Source: Gammaproteobacteria bacterium (GTDB lineage: Bacteria > Pseudomonadota > Gammaproteobacteria > Burkholderiales > Burkholderiaceae_D). From it: a stretch of 24,000 nt of DNA. The stretch spans positions 46,340 to 70,339 of the forward strand of contig CAJCIC010000052.1 of the NCBI GenBank assembly GCA_903970185.1. The letters run 5' to 3'. Shown piece by piece: positions 16,598 through 24,000 of the stretch (within the stretch, counting starts at the first letter, position 1; each line of letters opens with the position of its first letter). Both the position numbers and the translations under genes were made by a program. The notes beneath the pieces are model-generated. The model had not been told where the DNA came from, made no database searches, and worked only from the letters and a program-made list of their open reading frames with translations.

Positions 16598-17380
16598 ATG
16601 ACGCTTTCCCTTGATCCCCTGGCGAGCCGGCGCGTGCCTGCGCGCATCCTGCAGCTCCTCCTTGCTGCGCCCCTTGTCCTTGGCTTCGCGCAAGCCCCGC
16701 TGAAGGCGGCAACGCCTGCCGACGAGGCACTCTACAAAAGCATCGTTTCTGATCCATCGCGAAGCGATGAAGACCGGAAGATGGATGAAACGCGCAAGCC
16801 GCTCGAGTTCCTCGAATTCACGGGCGTCGAGCCTGGCATGCGGGTGCTGGACCTGTCAGCAGGTGCGGGCTACACGAGCGAGCTTCTCGCGCACGCGGTC
16901 GGCCCCGGGGGTCACGTTTTTGCCCAGGTTGAAGAGGCCAAGGCACCGATCAAGGCACGGCTTGGCGCGATGACCAATGTCACCATTGCCGAGCGCGCCC
17001 CGGGTGACCCGGTGCCGCTTGGGGCGAGGCCGCTGGACTTGATCACGATCGTGCTGGCCTACCACGACATCACCTACATGGCGGTCGATCGCAAGGAGAT
17101 GAACCGGTATCTCTTCGATGCGCTAAAGCCAGGCGGCATGCTGGTGGTCATCGACCATTCGGCTAGGCCCGGCAGCGGCGCCGCCGATGGCAAGACCTTG
17201 CACCGCGTCGACCAGGGCCTCGTCAAGAAGGAACTCACCGAAGCCGGGTTCTTGCTGGTTGGCGAGAGCAATGCGTGGCGCAATCCGGATGATCCACGCG
17301 ATCACGCCTTTTTTGACACCAAGATCGCCACCGACCGTTTTGCCATGCGCTTCATGAAACCGCTCGACTCGCCTTCCTAG
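16598..17380 (+). CDS. Class I SAM-dependent methyltransferase-fold protein with N-terminal signal peptide (COG4798-like)
   Basis: Signal-like N-terminus ASRRVPARILQLLLAAPLVLGFAQAPLKA. SAM motif I VLDLSAGAGYTSELLA, then GGMLVVIDH. SD GGAG lies 7 nt upstream. Confidence 0.7.
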   Translation: MTLSLDPLASRRVPARILQLLLAAPLVLGFAQAPLKAATPADEALYKSIVSDPSRSDEDRKMDETRKPLEFLEFTGVEPGMRVLDLSAGAGYTSELLAHAVGPGGHVFAQVEEAKAPIKARLGAMTNVTIAERAPGDPVPLGARPLDLITIVLAYHDITYMAVDRKEMNRYLFDALKPGGMLVVIDHSARPGSGAADGKTLHRVDQGLVKKELTEAGFLLVGESNAWRNPDDPRDHAFFDTKIATDRFAMRFMKPLDSPS

Positions 17381-17394
17381 AGCAGCTTCGAGGC

Positions 17395-17431
17395 AAAAAA
17401 AATCGGGCCGCATGCGGCCCGATCTGTTTTT
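17395..17431. terminator. Bidirectional rho-independent terminator
   Basis: A8 (17395-17402), a perfect 9-bp stem ATCGGGCCG / CGGCCCGAT with CATG loop (17402-17423), then T5 (17427-17431). It serves the convergent methyltransferase (+) and SYLF (-) genes. Confidence 0.8.
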
Positions 17432-17458
17432 GCCGTGCCGACAGGGCACGGCTGTTTC
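17432..17458 (+). terminator. Second hairpin of the tandem terminator
   Basis: GCCGTGCC (17432-17439), loop GACAG, GGCACGGC (17445-17452), followed by TGTTTCC. Confidence 0.45.
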
Positions 17459-17461
17459 CGG

Positions 17462-18034
17462 CTAGATTTCCAGGCGGCTGACCTTGGTGCCCTGGATCGT
17501 TGCGCCGGCCATGAGGCCCGCATTGGTCACGACAAAGCCGATCACCGGGGCGGTTGCCGTTGCCGTGTCGATATCGCCATTGGCGCCGACTTGCAGCACT
17601 GCAACGGTTGCATCGGCGCCGGCCGTCCAGCCCTGGCTGCTCCGGAAGCGGTTAAGCGACTCTTCGTTCATGAACAGGAAAATCACGGCTTTGGACTGCG
17701 CGCCGGCCTGAAGGCCAAACGAAGCGCTCGCCGTGCTGTAATAGGCAACGGGTGCGCCGCCAACCAGGAGTTCGCCTTCGCCGTACTCGCCGCCAACGCC
17801 AAGACCGGCTGCGATAACCGACGGGAAGATCAGGACGCCGCGTGCCTTGGCGACCAGTTCATGCGTGCCGCGCGTATTGGCGTAAAGGCGCGAGAGCGCC
17901 GCCTGCGACGAGCTGTTGATTGACTCACGCTTGCTCATCGGGCTGCCGCCGCCCGGATTGCCGGTTGTCGTGCAACCCGCGGCCAGAAGTGTCAGGGCCG
18001 CGAAAGTGGCGACGAGGATATTTTTGCTTTTCAT
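17462..18034 (-). CDS. SYLF (Ysc84/DUF500) domain lipoprotein
   Basis: MKSKNILVATFAALTLLAAGC lipobox. GGAGA (18040-18044) is 5 nt upstream of ATG 18034. The body (GVLIFPSVIAAGLGVGGEYGEGELL...ASFGLQAGAQS...GADATVAV...) resembles the SYLF domain. Confidence 0.7.
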   Translation of the reverse strand: MKSKNILVATFAALTLLAAGCTTTGNPGGGSPMSKRESINSSSQAALSRLYANTRGTHELVAKARGVLIFPSVIAAGLGVGGEYGEGELLVGGAPVAYYSTASASFGLQAGAQSKAVIFLFMNEESLNRFRSSQGWTAGADATVAVLQVGANGDIDTATATAPVIGFVVTNAGLMAGATIQGTKVSRLEI

Positions 18035-18262
18035 TGTGTTCTCCAATTATTCGATCAAGTAAATGTGCTGTGGCTACTATCGGGTCGGGAATGCCCGGAC
18101 CGGTCTAGCGTGCTGGGGCCCACGTGGTTCAGCAATAAATGAGCCCATGCTTGCTGTACATCCGCAAGGCAGGCATTGCGCCGCCAAACTTGTCCAATTA
18201 TGCGCTTTTCAGCGCCCTGGCAAGCCGATGAGGCAAAATGCGTCACCTGTTGAGGAAGACCC

Positions 18263-19684
18263 ATGAACGCTCCGATTGTTCCGAATCTTGCGCTTGATGC
18301 GGCGTTTTCTGCCCAGAAGCTCGCCTATGCCGCCGAACCCTATCCGTCGCTGGCACAAAGGCGCGACCGGGTTTTGCGACTGATTCGCCTGCTTGAGGAA
18401 AACGAGGAAGCGCTGGCCGACGCCGTCGCGCTCGATTTCGGCCACCGCTCGAGGAGCGAGACCAAGATGGCCGACGTCTTCGTCTCGATCGGCTCGATGC
18501 GACATACGCTGCGTCACTTGAGGCGCTGGATGCGCGAAAGGCACGTGCCGACCGCCTTGCAGTTCCTGCCGGCGCGTAACCGGCTCTTGCGCCAGCCGCT
18601 TGGCGTGATTGGCGTGGTCAGTCCCTGGAACTATCCGATCCAGCTTGCCCTCGTGCCCGCCTCAGCCGCGCTTGCCGCGGGCAACCGCGTGATGATCAAA
18701 CCCTCTGAACTGACGCCAAAGACCAGTGCGCTCATGGCAGCACTGATCAAGCGCGACTTCGATGCGGGCGAGTTGACCGTGATCGAAGGCGATGCGAGGA
18801 TCGCCCAGGCCTTCGTCGAATTGCCCTTTGACCACCTGCTGTTTACGGGCTCGACCGCCGTTGGCAAGAAAGTGGCTGCCGCGGCGGCGAAGAACCTGAC
18901 GCCGCTGACGCTCGAATTGGGTGGCAAGTCGCCCGCCATCATCGATGCCTCGGCAGATCTTGCCAAGCTGATCGACAGCCTGATGTTCGGCAAGCTTCTG
19001 AACGCCGGCCAGACCTGCATTGCGCCAGACTACGTGCTGCTGCCAGAGCGCCTGCAAGACGCGTTCTTGCACGAGGCAGAGTTGGCTGTGCGCCGGCTTT
19101 ATCCGACGATTTCGGGCAATCCCGATTACACCGCGATCGTCAGCGACGCGCACGAGGCGCGCATCAGGCGGCTCGTTGACGATGCCAAAGACCGCGGGGC
19201 CCGCGTGGTCCTGCTGGGCGAGGCAGGCGAAAACGACAGCGCCCGCCGCATGCAGCCCCGGCTGGTTTTTGGCGTCAACGACGACATGGCGCTGATGCAG
19301 GAGGAGATCTTCGGGCCGGTCTTGCCGATCGTCGCCTGCAACTCGATTGGCGAGGCGATTGCCTACGTCAATCGTCATGAGCGGCCGCTTGCACTGTACT
19401 GGTTTGGCAGCGACAAGGCGGCGCTCAATCGGGTGCTGTACGAGACGGTGTCAGGGGGCGTGACAGTGAACGACACGCTTTGGCATATCAACCAGGAAGA
19501 CCAGCCCTTCGGCGGCGTTGGCTCCTCGGGCTTTGGCGCCTATCACGGCGAGTTCGGATTTCGCACCTTCAGCCGCGAAAAGCCGGTGTTCTACCAGTCG
19601 GCTGTCAATGGCGCATTTCTCCTGCGCCCGCCCTATGGCAAGCGGCTCGATACGGTGCTTGGCCTGATCAAGAAGATCCTCTGA
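18263..19684 (+). CDS. NAD(P)-dependent aldehyde dehydrogenase, coniferyl-aldehyde dehydrogenase-like subfamily
   Basis: 473 aa. VSPWNYP, catalytic Glu in LELGGKSP, catalytic Cys in AGQTCIAPDY, and EEIFGPVLP. GAGGAAG SD upstream. Confidence 0.85.
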   Translation: MNAPIVPNLALDAAFSAQKLAYAAEPYPSLAQRRDRVLRLIRLLEENEEALADAVALDFGHRSRSETKMADVFVSIGSMRHTLRHLRRWMRERHVPTALQFLPARNRLLRQPLGVIGVVSPWNYPIQLALVPASAALAAGNRVMIKPSELTPKTSALMAALIKRDFDAGELTVIEGDARIAQAFVELPFDHLLFTGSTAVGKKVAAAAAKNLTPLTLELGGKSPAIIDASADLAKLIDSLMFGKLLNAGQTCIAPDYVLLPERLQDAFLHEAELAVRRLYPTISGNPDYTAIVSDAHEARIRRLVDDAKDRGARVVLLGEAGENDSARRMQPRLVFGVNDDMALMQEEIFGPVLPIVACNSIGEAIAYVNRHERPLALYWFGSDKAALNRVLYETVSGGVTVNDTLWHINQEDQPFGGVGSSGFGAYHGEFGFRTFSREKPVFYQSAVNGAFLLRPPYGKRLDTVLGLIKKIL

Positions 19685-19685
19685 T

Positions 19686-21257
19686 TCAAAGCTGGTTCTC
19701 CGGCACGAAAGGCGCCAGCAACTTGACTTCGATGCGCGTCCAGATGCCGGCTTCGGGCTCGTCATCGAAAACCACTTCCTTGCCGTTCTGCTCGGCGACC
19801 CATTCGATCGCACCGCTTTTGCCGAGGCGCAGCGCGTAGCTGCTGGCGCGATCGGTGCGGGCATCGAGCTCGTCGGCAAGTTCCTTGCTGTCGATGATGA
19901 GGCCAAGCTCGGTGTTCTCGAAGGCCGAGCGTTCGTCAAGATTCATCGAGCCGATATAGACCAGGTGGCCGTCAACGACGGCGATCTTCGCGTGCAGGGC
20001 GCCAAGGGAGCCGTGGAAAATGCCCAGCTTGCCGCTTTTCACGACAAGCGTCGGGCTCATCTCGCGGATGTGGACGCCGGCCTCAAGTAATGCGCGCCGA
20101 TAGCGGATGTACCCGATCTCGGCAAGCGGCTCGTCCGTTGAGGCAAGCGAATTGGTAATGACGGTCTGGTCGATGCCGCGGGCGCTGGCTTCCTGCAAGC
20201 GCTTCAAGCCAGCCTTGCCTGGCACGAAGTAAGGCGATGCCATGACAACCGATTGTCTCGCCGATGCGATCATGTCAAGGATATGGCTTGTCACCGTGCC
20301 CTTGATGTCGGTCAGGTTGGCACCGCTGGCCTTGTTGACCGGATCCGCCACGGCCTGGGCGTTGGCGTGGATGATCTGGGTGATCCTGCCTCGGCGCAAC
20401 TCTTCGGGCAGGCTAAGGTAGCTGCGCGCACTGTCGGGAACGGCTTCTGGCGGCGGCGCGATGGCATAGATGGTGAGTTCGTCAAAGCGCCGCTGCAGTT
20501 CCTCGGTGGTTCCTTCGGCCAGCGTCACGCTTCTAAGCGGGAATGCGAAATCGCTGTTCCAGTAGCGATCGAAGATATCCGAGAGCTGTTGCACCACGGG
20601 TCCGATGGCAAAGATATCGGTGTCGATGAAGTTATTGTTCGCCGAGCGCATGAAGTACTCGTCAGCGATGTTGCGCCCGCCTGCAACCGCGGCCTCGTTG
20701 TCGACGAGAAATAGCTTGTTGTGCATGCGGTGGTCTTCGCGCCCGGTTTGTGACAGGGTAAATGCAAAGCGGCTCCAAAGCGCACCGCGACCGGCTGCAA
20801 ACGGATTGAACAGTCGGATTTCGACGTTGGGAAAGGAATTCAGCGCGTTCAGAAGCGGATCCTCGCCCGAGGTATAGAGATCGTCGATGAGGATGCGCAC
20901 GCGCACGCCGCGTTCTGCCGCCTGGCGCAGGGCGCGCATCATGAAACGCCCGGTATCGTCGCCCTGGAACAGGTAATACTGGAGGTCAAGCGAATGCTTG
21001 GCCTGGTTGATCAGTTCGATGCGCGTCTGGTAGGAGCCCCAGGCCACCGGCAGCAGGCGAAAGCCCGAGCGCGGATCATCGCCTAGCGCGGCATTGGCAA
21101 TCATGCCGATCGGCGCCTTGGCATCGGGCTCGACCGCTCGCGTTACCGGCTCGCTCGGGTGCGGCGGCAGGATTGCGCAGGCGCCAAGAAACGCCGAAAA
21201 GAGGAGCAAGGCGAGCATGCGCCATATCGTTGTCTTGGGCGTTCGGGCACTGACCAT
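19686..21257 (-). CDS. Exported phospholipase D superfamily protein with two HKD motifs (PLD/cardiolipin-synthase-like lipoprotein)
   Basis: N-terminus MVSARTPKTTIWRMLALLLFSAFLGAC (lipobox LGAC). HKD-1 HNKLFLVDNEAAVAGGRNI (nt 20700-20723 for HxKxxxxD). HKD-2 HAKIAVVDGHLVYIGSMNLD (nt 19971-19994). ATG lies 3 nt after the upstream channel gene stop. Confidence 0.85.
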   Translation of the reverse strand: MVSARTPKTTIWRMLALLLFSAFLGACAILPPHPSEPVTRAVEPDAKAPIGMIANAALGDDPRSGFRLLPVAWGSYQTRIELINQAKHSLDLQYYLFQGDDTGRFMMRALRQAAERGVRVRILIDDLYTSGEDPLLNALNSFPNVEIRLFNPFAAGRGALWSRFAFTLSQTGREDHRMHNKLFLVDNEAAVAGGRNIADEYFMRSANNNFIDTDIFAIGPVVQQLSDIFDRYWNSDFAFPLRSVTLAEGTTEELQRRFDELTIYAIAPPPEAVPDSARSYLSLPEELRRGRITQIIHANAQAVADPVNKASGANLTDIKGTVTSHILDMIASARQSVVMASPYFVPGKAGLKRLQEASARGIDQTVITNSLASTDEPLAEIGYIRYRRALLEAGVHIREMSPTLVVKSGKLGIFHGSLGALHAKIAVVDGHLVYIGSMNLDERSAFENTELGLIIDSKELADELDARTDRASSYALRLGKSGAIEWVAEQNGKEVVFDDEPEAGIWTRIEVKLLAPFVPENQL

Positions 21258-21260
21258 GGC

Positions 21261-22163
21261 TTAGGACGCGGTGGCGGCGGGGTCGGGCTCGACCGCGCTG
21301 ATGCGCGACATGTCGGCCGTGGCGCGGCCGTGCTCGTCGGCAGATACGGCGTCGACATAGCGCGTGTCGAATAGTACATGGTCAAGGTCGTAGCCCTGGA
21401 TGTCGTAGACGGTCGCGCCAAGCGAGGGGTCGCGGGCCTCGACGGTGAGAAAGATGCGCGCGTCACGCGCCCTGAGCGCGTCGTGGTCAAGCCCGGCCAG
21501 GGGGCTTGTCGCATCGATGGCATGCGAAATCGTCCAGGTCAGCGCAAAAAGCGGAAAGTGGCTGCGCGCCAGTTCCAGATCGATGGCGCGGCGAAAGGGC
21601 ACGCCCTCCGGCGACAAATCCTTCAACAGCAAGGTCAGGTGGGCGCGCGCGTCAGCCAGCAGGGTCGCTCGGCCGTTGCCGATGCGCAGCATCAAGGTGC
21701 GAATGCCGTGGTCCATGGCGATGACCGCGTTGTCGGCGAAGACAATTTTCGCGCGCGGCCGTGAAAACCTGGCGAAGATGAGCCCGGTCACGACCGCCGT
21801 GAAGATCATGCCGCTGACAATCTCGATGGCCGAGACGATGTGTCCGTAAAGCGTCACTGGCGCCATGGTGCCGTAGCCCACCGTGGCCAGCGTCTCGATG
21901 CTAAAGAAGAACGCATCGCGCAGCGACTGGCTGTTGGCGATGCTGCCCGGGCTTAGCGAATAGAGCGCAGCAAAAAACAGATTGATGACGATTTCGGCGC
22001 CAAACAGGCCAAGCAGAAACCACGGCCAGGCAAGCGTGACGGCAAAGTGATAGAGATCGCGCCAGTCGAAAATATCAAGGCCGGTCTTGGCCACCTCGAA
22101 ACCGCCAGAGCGGCGTTGCGCCATGACCGTCGTGCGGGGTTTGCTCTTGTGCTGCATCGGCAT
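21261..22163 (-). CDS. Bacterial inward-rectifier K+ channel (KirBac family)
   Basis: 300 aa with a slide-helix/TM1-pore-TM2 layout. FFFSIETLATVGYGTM contains the selectivity filter TVGYG (nt 21870-21884). GLIFARFSRPRAKIVF and the following beta-rich cytoplasmic domain align by eye with KirBac1.1. The start is uncertain (ATG 22163, 22157 or 22124); none has a clear SD. Confidence 0.85.
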   Translation of the reverse strand: MPMQHKSKPRTTVMAQRRSGGFEVAKTGLDIFDWRDLYHFAVTLAWPWFLLGLFGAEIVINLFFAALYSLSPGSIANSQSLRDAFFFSIETLATVGYGTMAPVTLYGHIVSAIEIVSGMIFTAVVTGLIFARFSRPRAKIVFADNAVIAMDHGIRTLMLRIGNGRATLLADARAHLTLLLKDLSPEGVPFRRAIDLELARSHFPLFALTWTISHAIDATSPLAGLDHDALRARDARIFLTVEARDPSLGATVYDIQGYDLDHVLFDTRYVDAVSADEHGRATADMSRISAVEPDPAATAS

Positions 22164-22263
22164 CTTTGCGGCGGGCCAAAGCGTGCATCATAGCCGCAGC
22201 GGGCGGGCCCTCGCGCGCACCCGGCGCCAGAAGCGCGATCCGGAAAGCGCGCTCCTGACTGCG

Positions 22264-24000
22264 TCAGTCGGTCTCGGCGGCTTCTTCCGTGACACGCATG
22301 AAGGCTTCCGGACTGACGCGAATGGCAGCGCCCGTGGGACAGGCGCGAACGCAAGCCGCGCCGCCAGCGAGGTTCTTGCACATGTCGCACTTGACCGCCT
22401 TTTTGGCGTGCAGATCGACGTGGGGTGCGTTCGGACGGATCAGTTCGCGCACGCGCGCGATCAGCCGCTCGCCCAGGCCATGATGGCCATAGGACATCTG
22501 GATCACGCCATAGGGGCAGTTGCTCTGGCAGTTGCCGCAGCCAATACAGGCATCGGTGATGAACACCTCGCCGTTGGCGCCGCGCCGGATGGCGTCAGGC
22601 GGGCAATCCTTCATGCAATGCGGATGCTCGCAGTGGCGGCACGACGTCGGCACGTGGATGTCGCCGAAATTCGGCCCGGCTTCGCGGTTCAGGCGTGATG
22701 TGCCGCCGTGGGTGGCAGCGCAGGCGGTCTCGCAGTTGTCGCACCTTACGCAAAGCGATTCGTCGATCAGAAGCACGTCGGTGGCCTCGCCGATACCCTG
22801 GCCAACGAGGAACGTGATCAACTCGCCACTGCGGCCATCGGGGGCCTGTGCCTCGTTGGCGCGGATGCGGTCGAACTGGCGCGAGTCGACGGCCTTGCGA
22901 ACGACGGTGTTGCGTGACATCACCTCCATGACGCGCCCGGCCATCAGCACGATCGCCTCCGAGTTCACCGCAGCGCGCACCGTGGCTGAGCGCGGTGCGT
23001 CTGAACTCAGGGCCATTTCCCCGACAAAGTTGCCGGCCGGAACGTACGACAGCACGACCTCGCGCTCGCCAACCGTCTTTGACACCGTCACCGAGCCGCG
23101 CCGGATGAGGTACAGGCCATCGGCCTTGTCGCCTTCCTTGAAAAGCACCTCGCCCGCGCTAAACAGCTTGAGCTGGGCCCCCTCGACCAGGAAGTCGAGT
23201 TCGGACTCGGGCAGGGTGGTGGCCAGATAGGCGCGCACGACGCGCTTGAGCGCGACCTGGTCCAGGGCACGCTGCACCGCCGGCTGCGAGGCCAAAAGCC
23301 TGAGCATCGAGCGGCGCGGCGACTCGATCAGCACGCAATCCTTGCCCGCGACGACGGTGGCCGAACGGCGCCGGCCGGAGATCAGGCTCATCTCGCCAAA
23401 GAAGGCGCCTGCTCCAAGCGTGATCGGCACGGCCTTGGGATCGTCCTCGCTTGGCTGAATCACGACGTTGCCGGCGAGGATCGAGAAAAAACTGTTGGTG
23501 TAGTCATTGCGCCGAAACAGCACGGTGCCTTCGCGCGGCGCATGGAATTCGCTATCGAGCAGGAACTCGCGCAGCTGCAAGGTCGTGAGCGGCGCAAAAA
23601 GGCTGATGCGCTCGCGCACCGATGCGAGCGTTTCCGACACCGACGGCTTGCCTGGCAGCTTGATGAATTTGGCCTTGAGCAGCGGCTCGTCGGCGGGCTC
23701 AAGCGGCCGGCCGCAGATCGTCTCGACCACTTCGTAGCCCTGGTTGATGGCCTGCTTGATGAGCGGGTAGCCGCCCAGAGCGCCAACGACATAGATGCCC
23801 GGGCGGTTCGATTCGTAAGTCTCCGAAAGCTGGGGCACCGAGTTCGGATCCTTGCTCGGAAAGGTGATGCCAAAGCCCTCGACCAGTTTTCTTGGGGCGC
23901 TTGCGCCAAGCCGGCCGACGACGCGATGGCAATCGATGGTCTCGGCGCCGTGCGCGGTCTTGCACAGAAAGCGCAGGGGCTTGCCGGTGATTTCGCGCGC
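22264..24000 (-). CDS. Multidomain protein: FAD/NAD(P)-dependent oxidoreductase (N-terminus outside window) + 2 cyclic-nucleotide-binding domains + 4-cluster Fe-S ferredoxin domain
   Basis: The reading frame stays open upstream of the listed GTG 23838 to the window edge (AREITGKPLRFLCKTAHGAETIDCHRVVGRLG...GIYVVGALGG), so the gene is 5'-truncated by the window. CNB phosphate-binding cassettes are FGEMSLISGRRRSATV (domain about nt 23269-23601) and VGEMALSSDAPRSATV (about 22909-23226). Cys motifs lie at about nt 22324-22761: CVRCDNCETAC, CRHCEHPHCMKDCP, CIGCGNCQSNCP, CDMCKNLAGGAACVRACP. Confidence 0.8.
   Translation of the reverse strand, partial: AREITGKPLRFLCKTAHGAETIDCHRVVGRLGASAPRKLVEGFGITFPSKDPNSVPQLSETYESNRPGIYVVGALGGYPLIKQAINQGYEVVETICGRPLEPADEPLLKAKFIKLPGKPSVSETLASVRERISLFAPLTTLQLREFLLDSEFHAPREGTVLFRRNDYTNSFFSILAGNVVIQPSEDDPKAVPITLGAGAFFGEMSLISGRRRSATVVAGKDCVLIESPRRSMLRLLASQPAVQRALDQVALKRVVRAYLATTLPESELDFLVEGAQLKLFSAGEVLFKEGDKADGLYLIRRGSVTVSKTVGEREVVLSYVPAGNFVGEMALSSDAPRSATVRAAVNSEAIVLMAGRVMEVMSRNTVVRKAVDSRQFDRIRANEAQAPDGRSGELITFLVGQGIGEATDVLLIDESLCVRCDNCETACAATHGGTSRLNREAGPNFGDIHVPTSCRHCEHPHCMKDCPPDAIRRGANGEVFITDACIGCGNCQSNCPYGVIQMSYGHHGLGERLIARVRELIRPNAPHVDLHAKKAVKCDMCKNLAGGAACVRACPTGAAIRVSPEAFMRVTEEAAETD

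Noticed and set aside
16408-16647. 79-aa minus-strand ORF crossing the AT-rich island.
   Set aside because: It overlaps the ohr stop and the methyltransferase start, has no SD, and spans the hairpin and AT island. More likely the region is non-coding and regulatory.
17435-17923. 162-aa plus-strand ORF over the SYLF gene.
   Set aside because: It starts inside the terminator hairpins, has no SD, and is antisense to a gene with an SD and lipobox.
19686-21257. Whether the PLD protein is a Nuc-type nuclease effector of a phage-defence system.
   Set aside because: It has a lipoprotein export signal and the 500+ aa two-HKD architecture typical of lipid-directed PLD/Cls enzymes. No partner defence-type genes (ATPase, helicase, methylase) lie nearby.
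22087-23230. Plus-strand ORFs 22087-22698 and 22520-23230.
   Set aside because: They are antisense to the cNMP/Fe-S gene and show no domain-like patterns.
1-24000. Scan for CRISPR arrays, IS elements or inverted terminal repeats, integrases, tRNA/rRNA genes and prophage remnants.
   Set aside because: I saw no spaced direct-repeat arrays, transposase- or integrase-like frames, or tRNA-like cloverleaf candidates by eye. Composition is uniform except for short intergenic AT-rich patches, so there is no evidence of a mobile island.

Overview
High-GC (about 60-65% by eye) chromosomal segment with betaproteobacterial-looking gene order. It is densely coding, with about 25 supportable CDS. I saw no rRNA, tRNA, CRISPR array, transposase or integrase. 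All family assignments come from reading motifs by eye and from memory of family sequences; nothing was searched. Layout: (1) a housekeeping block, dapA(partial)-bamC-MBL hydrolase-lplT. (2) A small Pro/Ala-rich lipoprotein, then roxA/ycfD overlapping a small degenerate PLD/Nuc-like gene, all on the minus strand. (3) slyD plus a 45-aa Tyr/Pro-rich lipoprotein that is missing from the ORF track. (4) A phenylacetate catabolic cluster: paaX divergent from paaABCDE-paaI-paaK, whose seven genes have no intergenic nucleotides. A PheC-like periplasmic protein and a DHA2-type MFS transporter follow it. (5) ohr, an AT-rich island with a terminator-like hairpin, an exported SAM-methyltransferase-fold protein, a SYLF-domain lipoprotein and an aldehyde dehydrogenase. 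(6) The most unusual part is a minus-strand array at 19.7-24 kb. It encodes a flavoprotein/2xcNMP-binding/4xFe-S multidomain protein, then a KirBac inward-rectifier K+ channel, then (after a 3-nt gap) an exported two-HKD phospholipase D lipoprotein. I propose this as a candidate lipid- and cyclic-nucleotide/redox-linked K+ channel module. Many long antisense ORFs in the track are high-GC shadow ORFs and were rejected.
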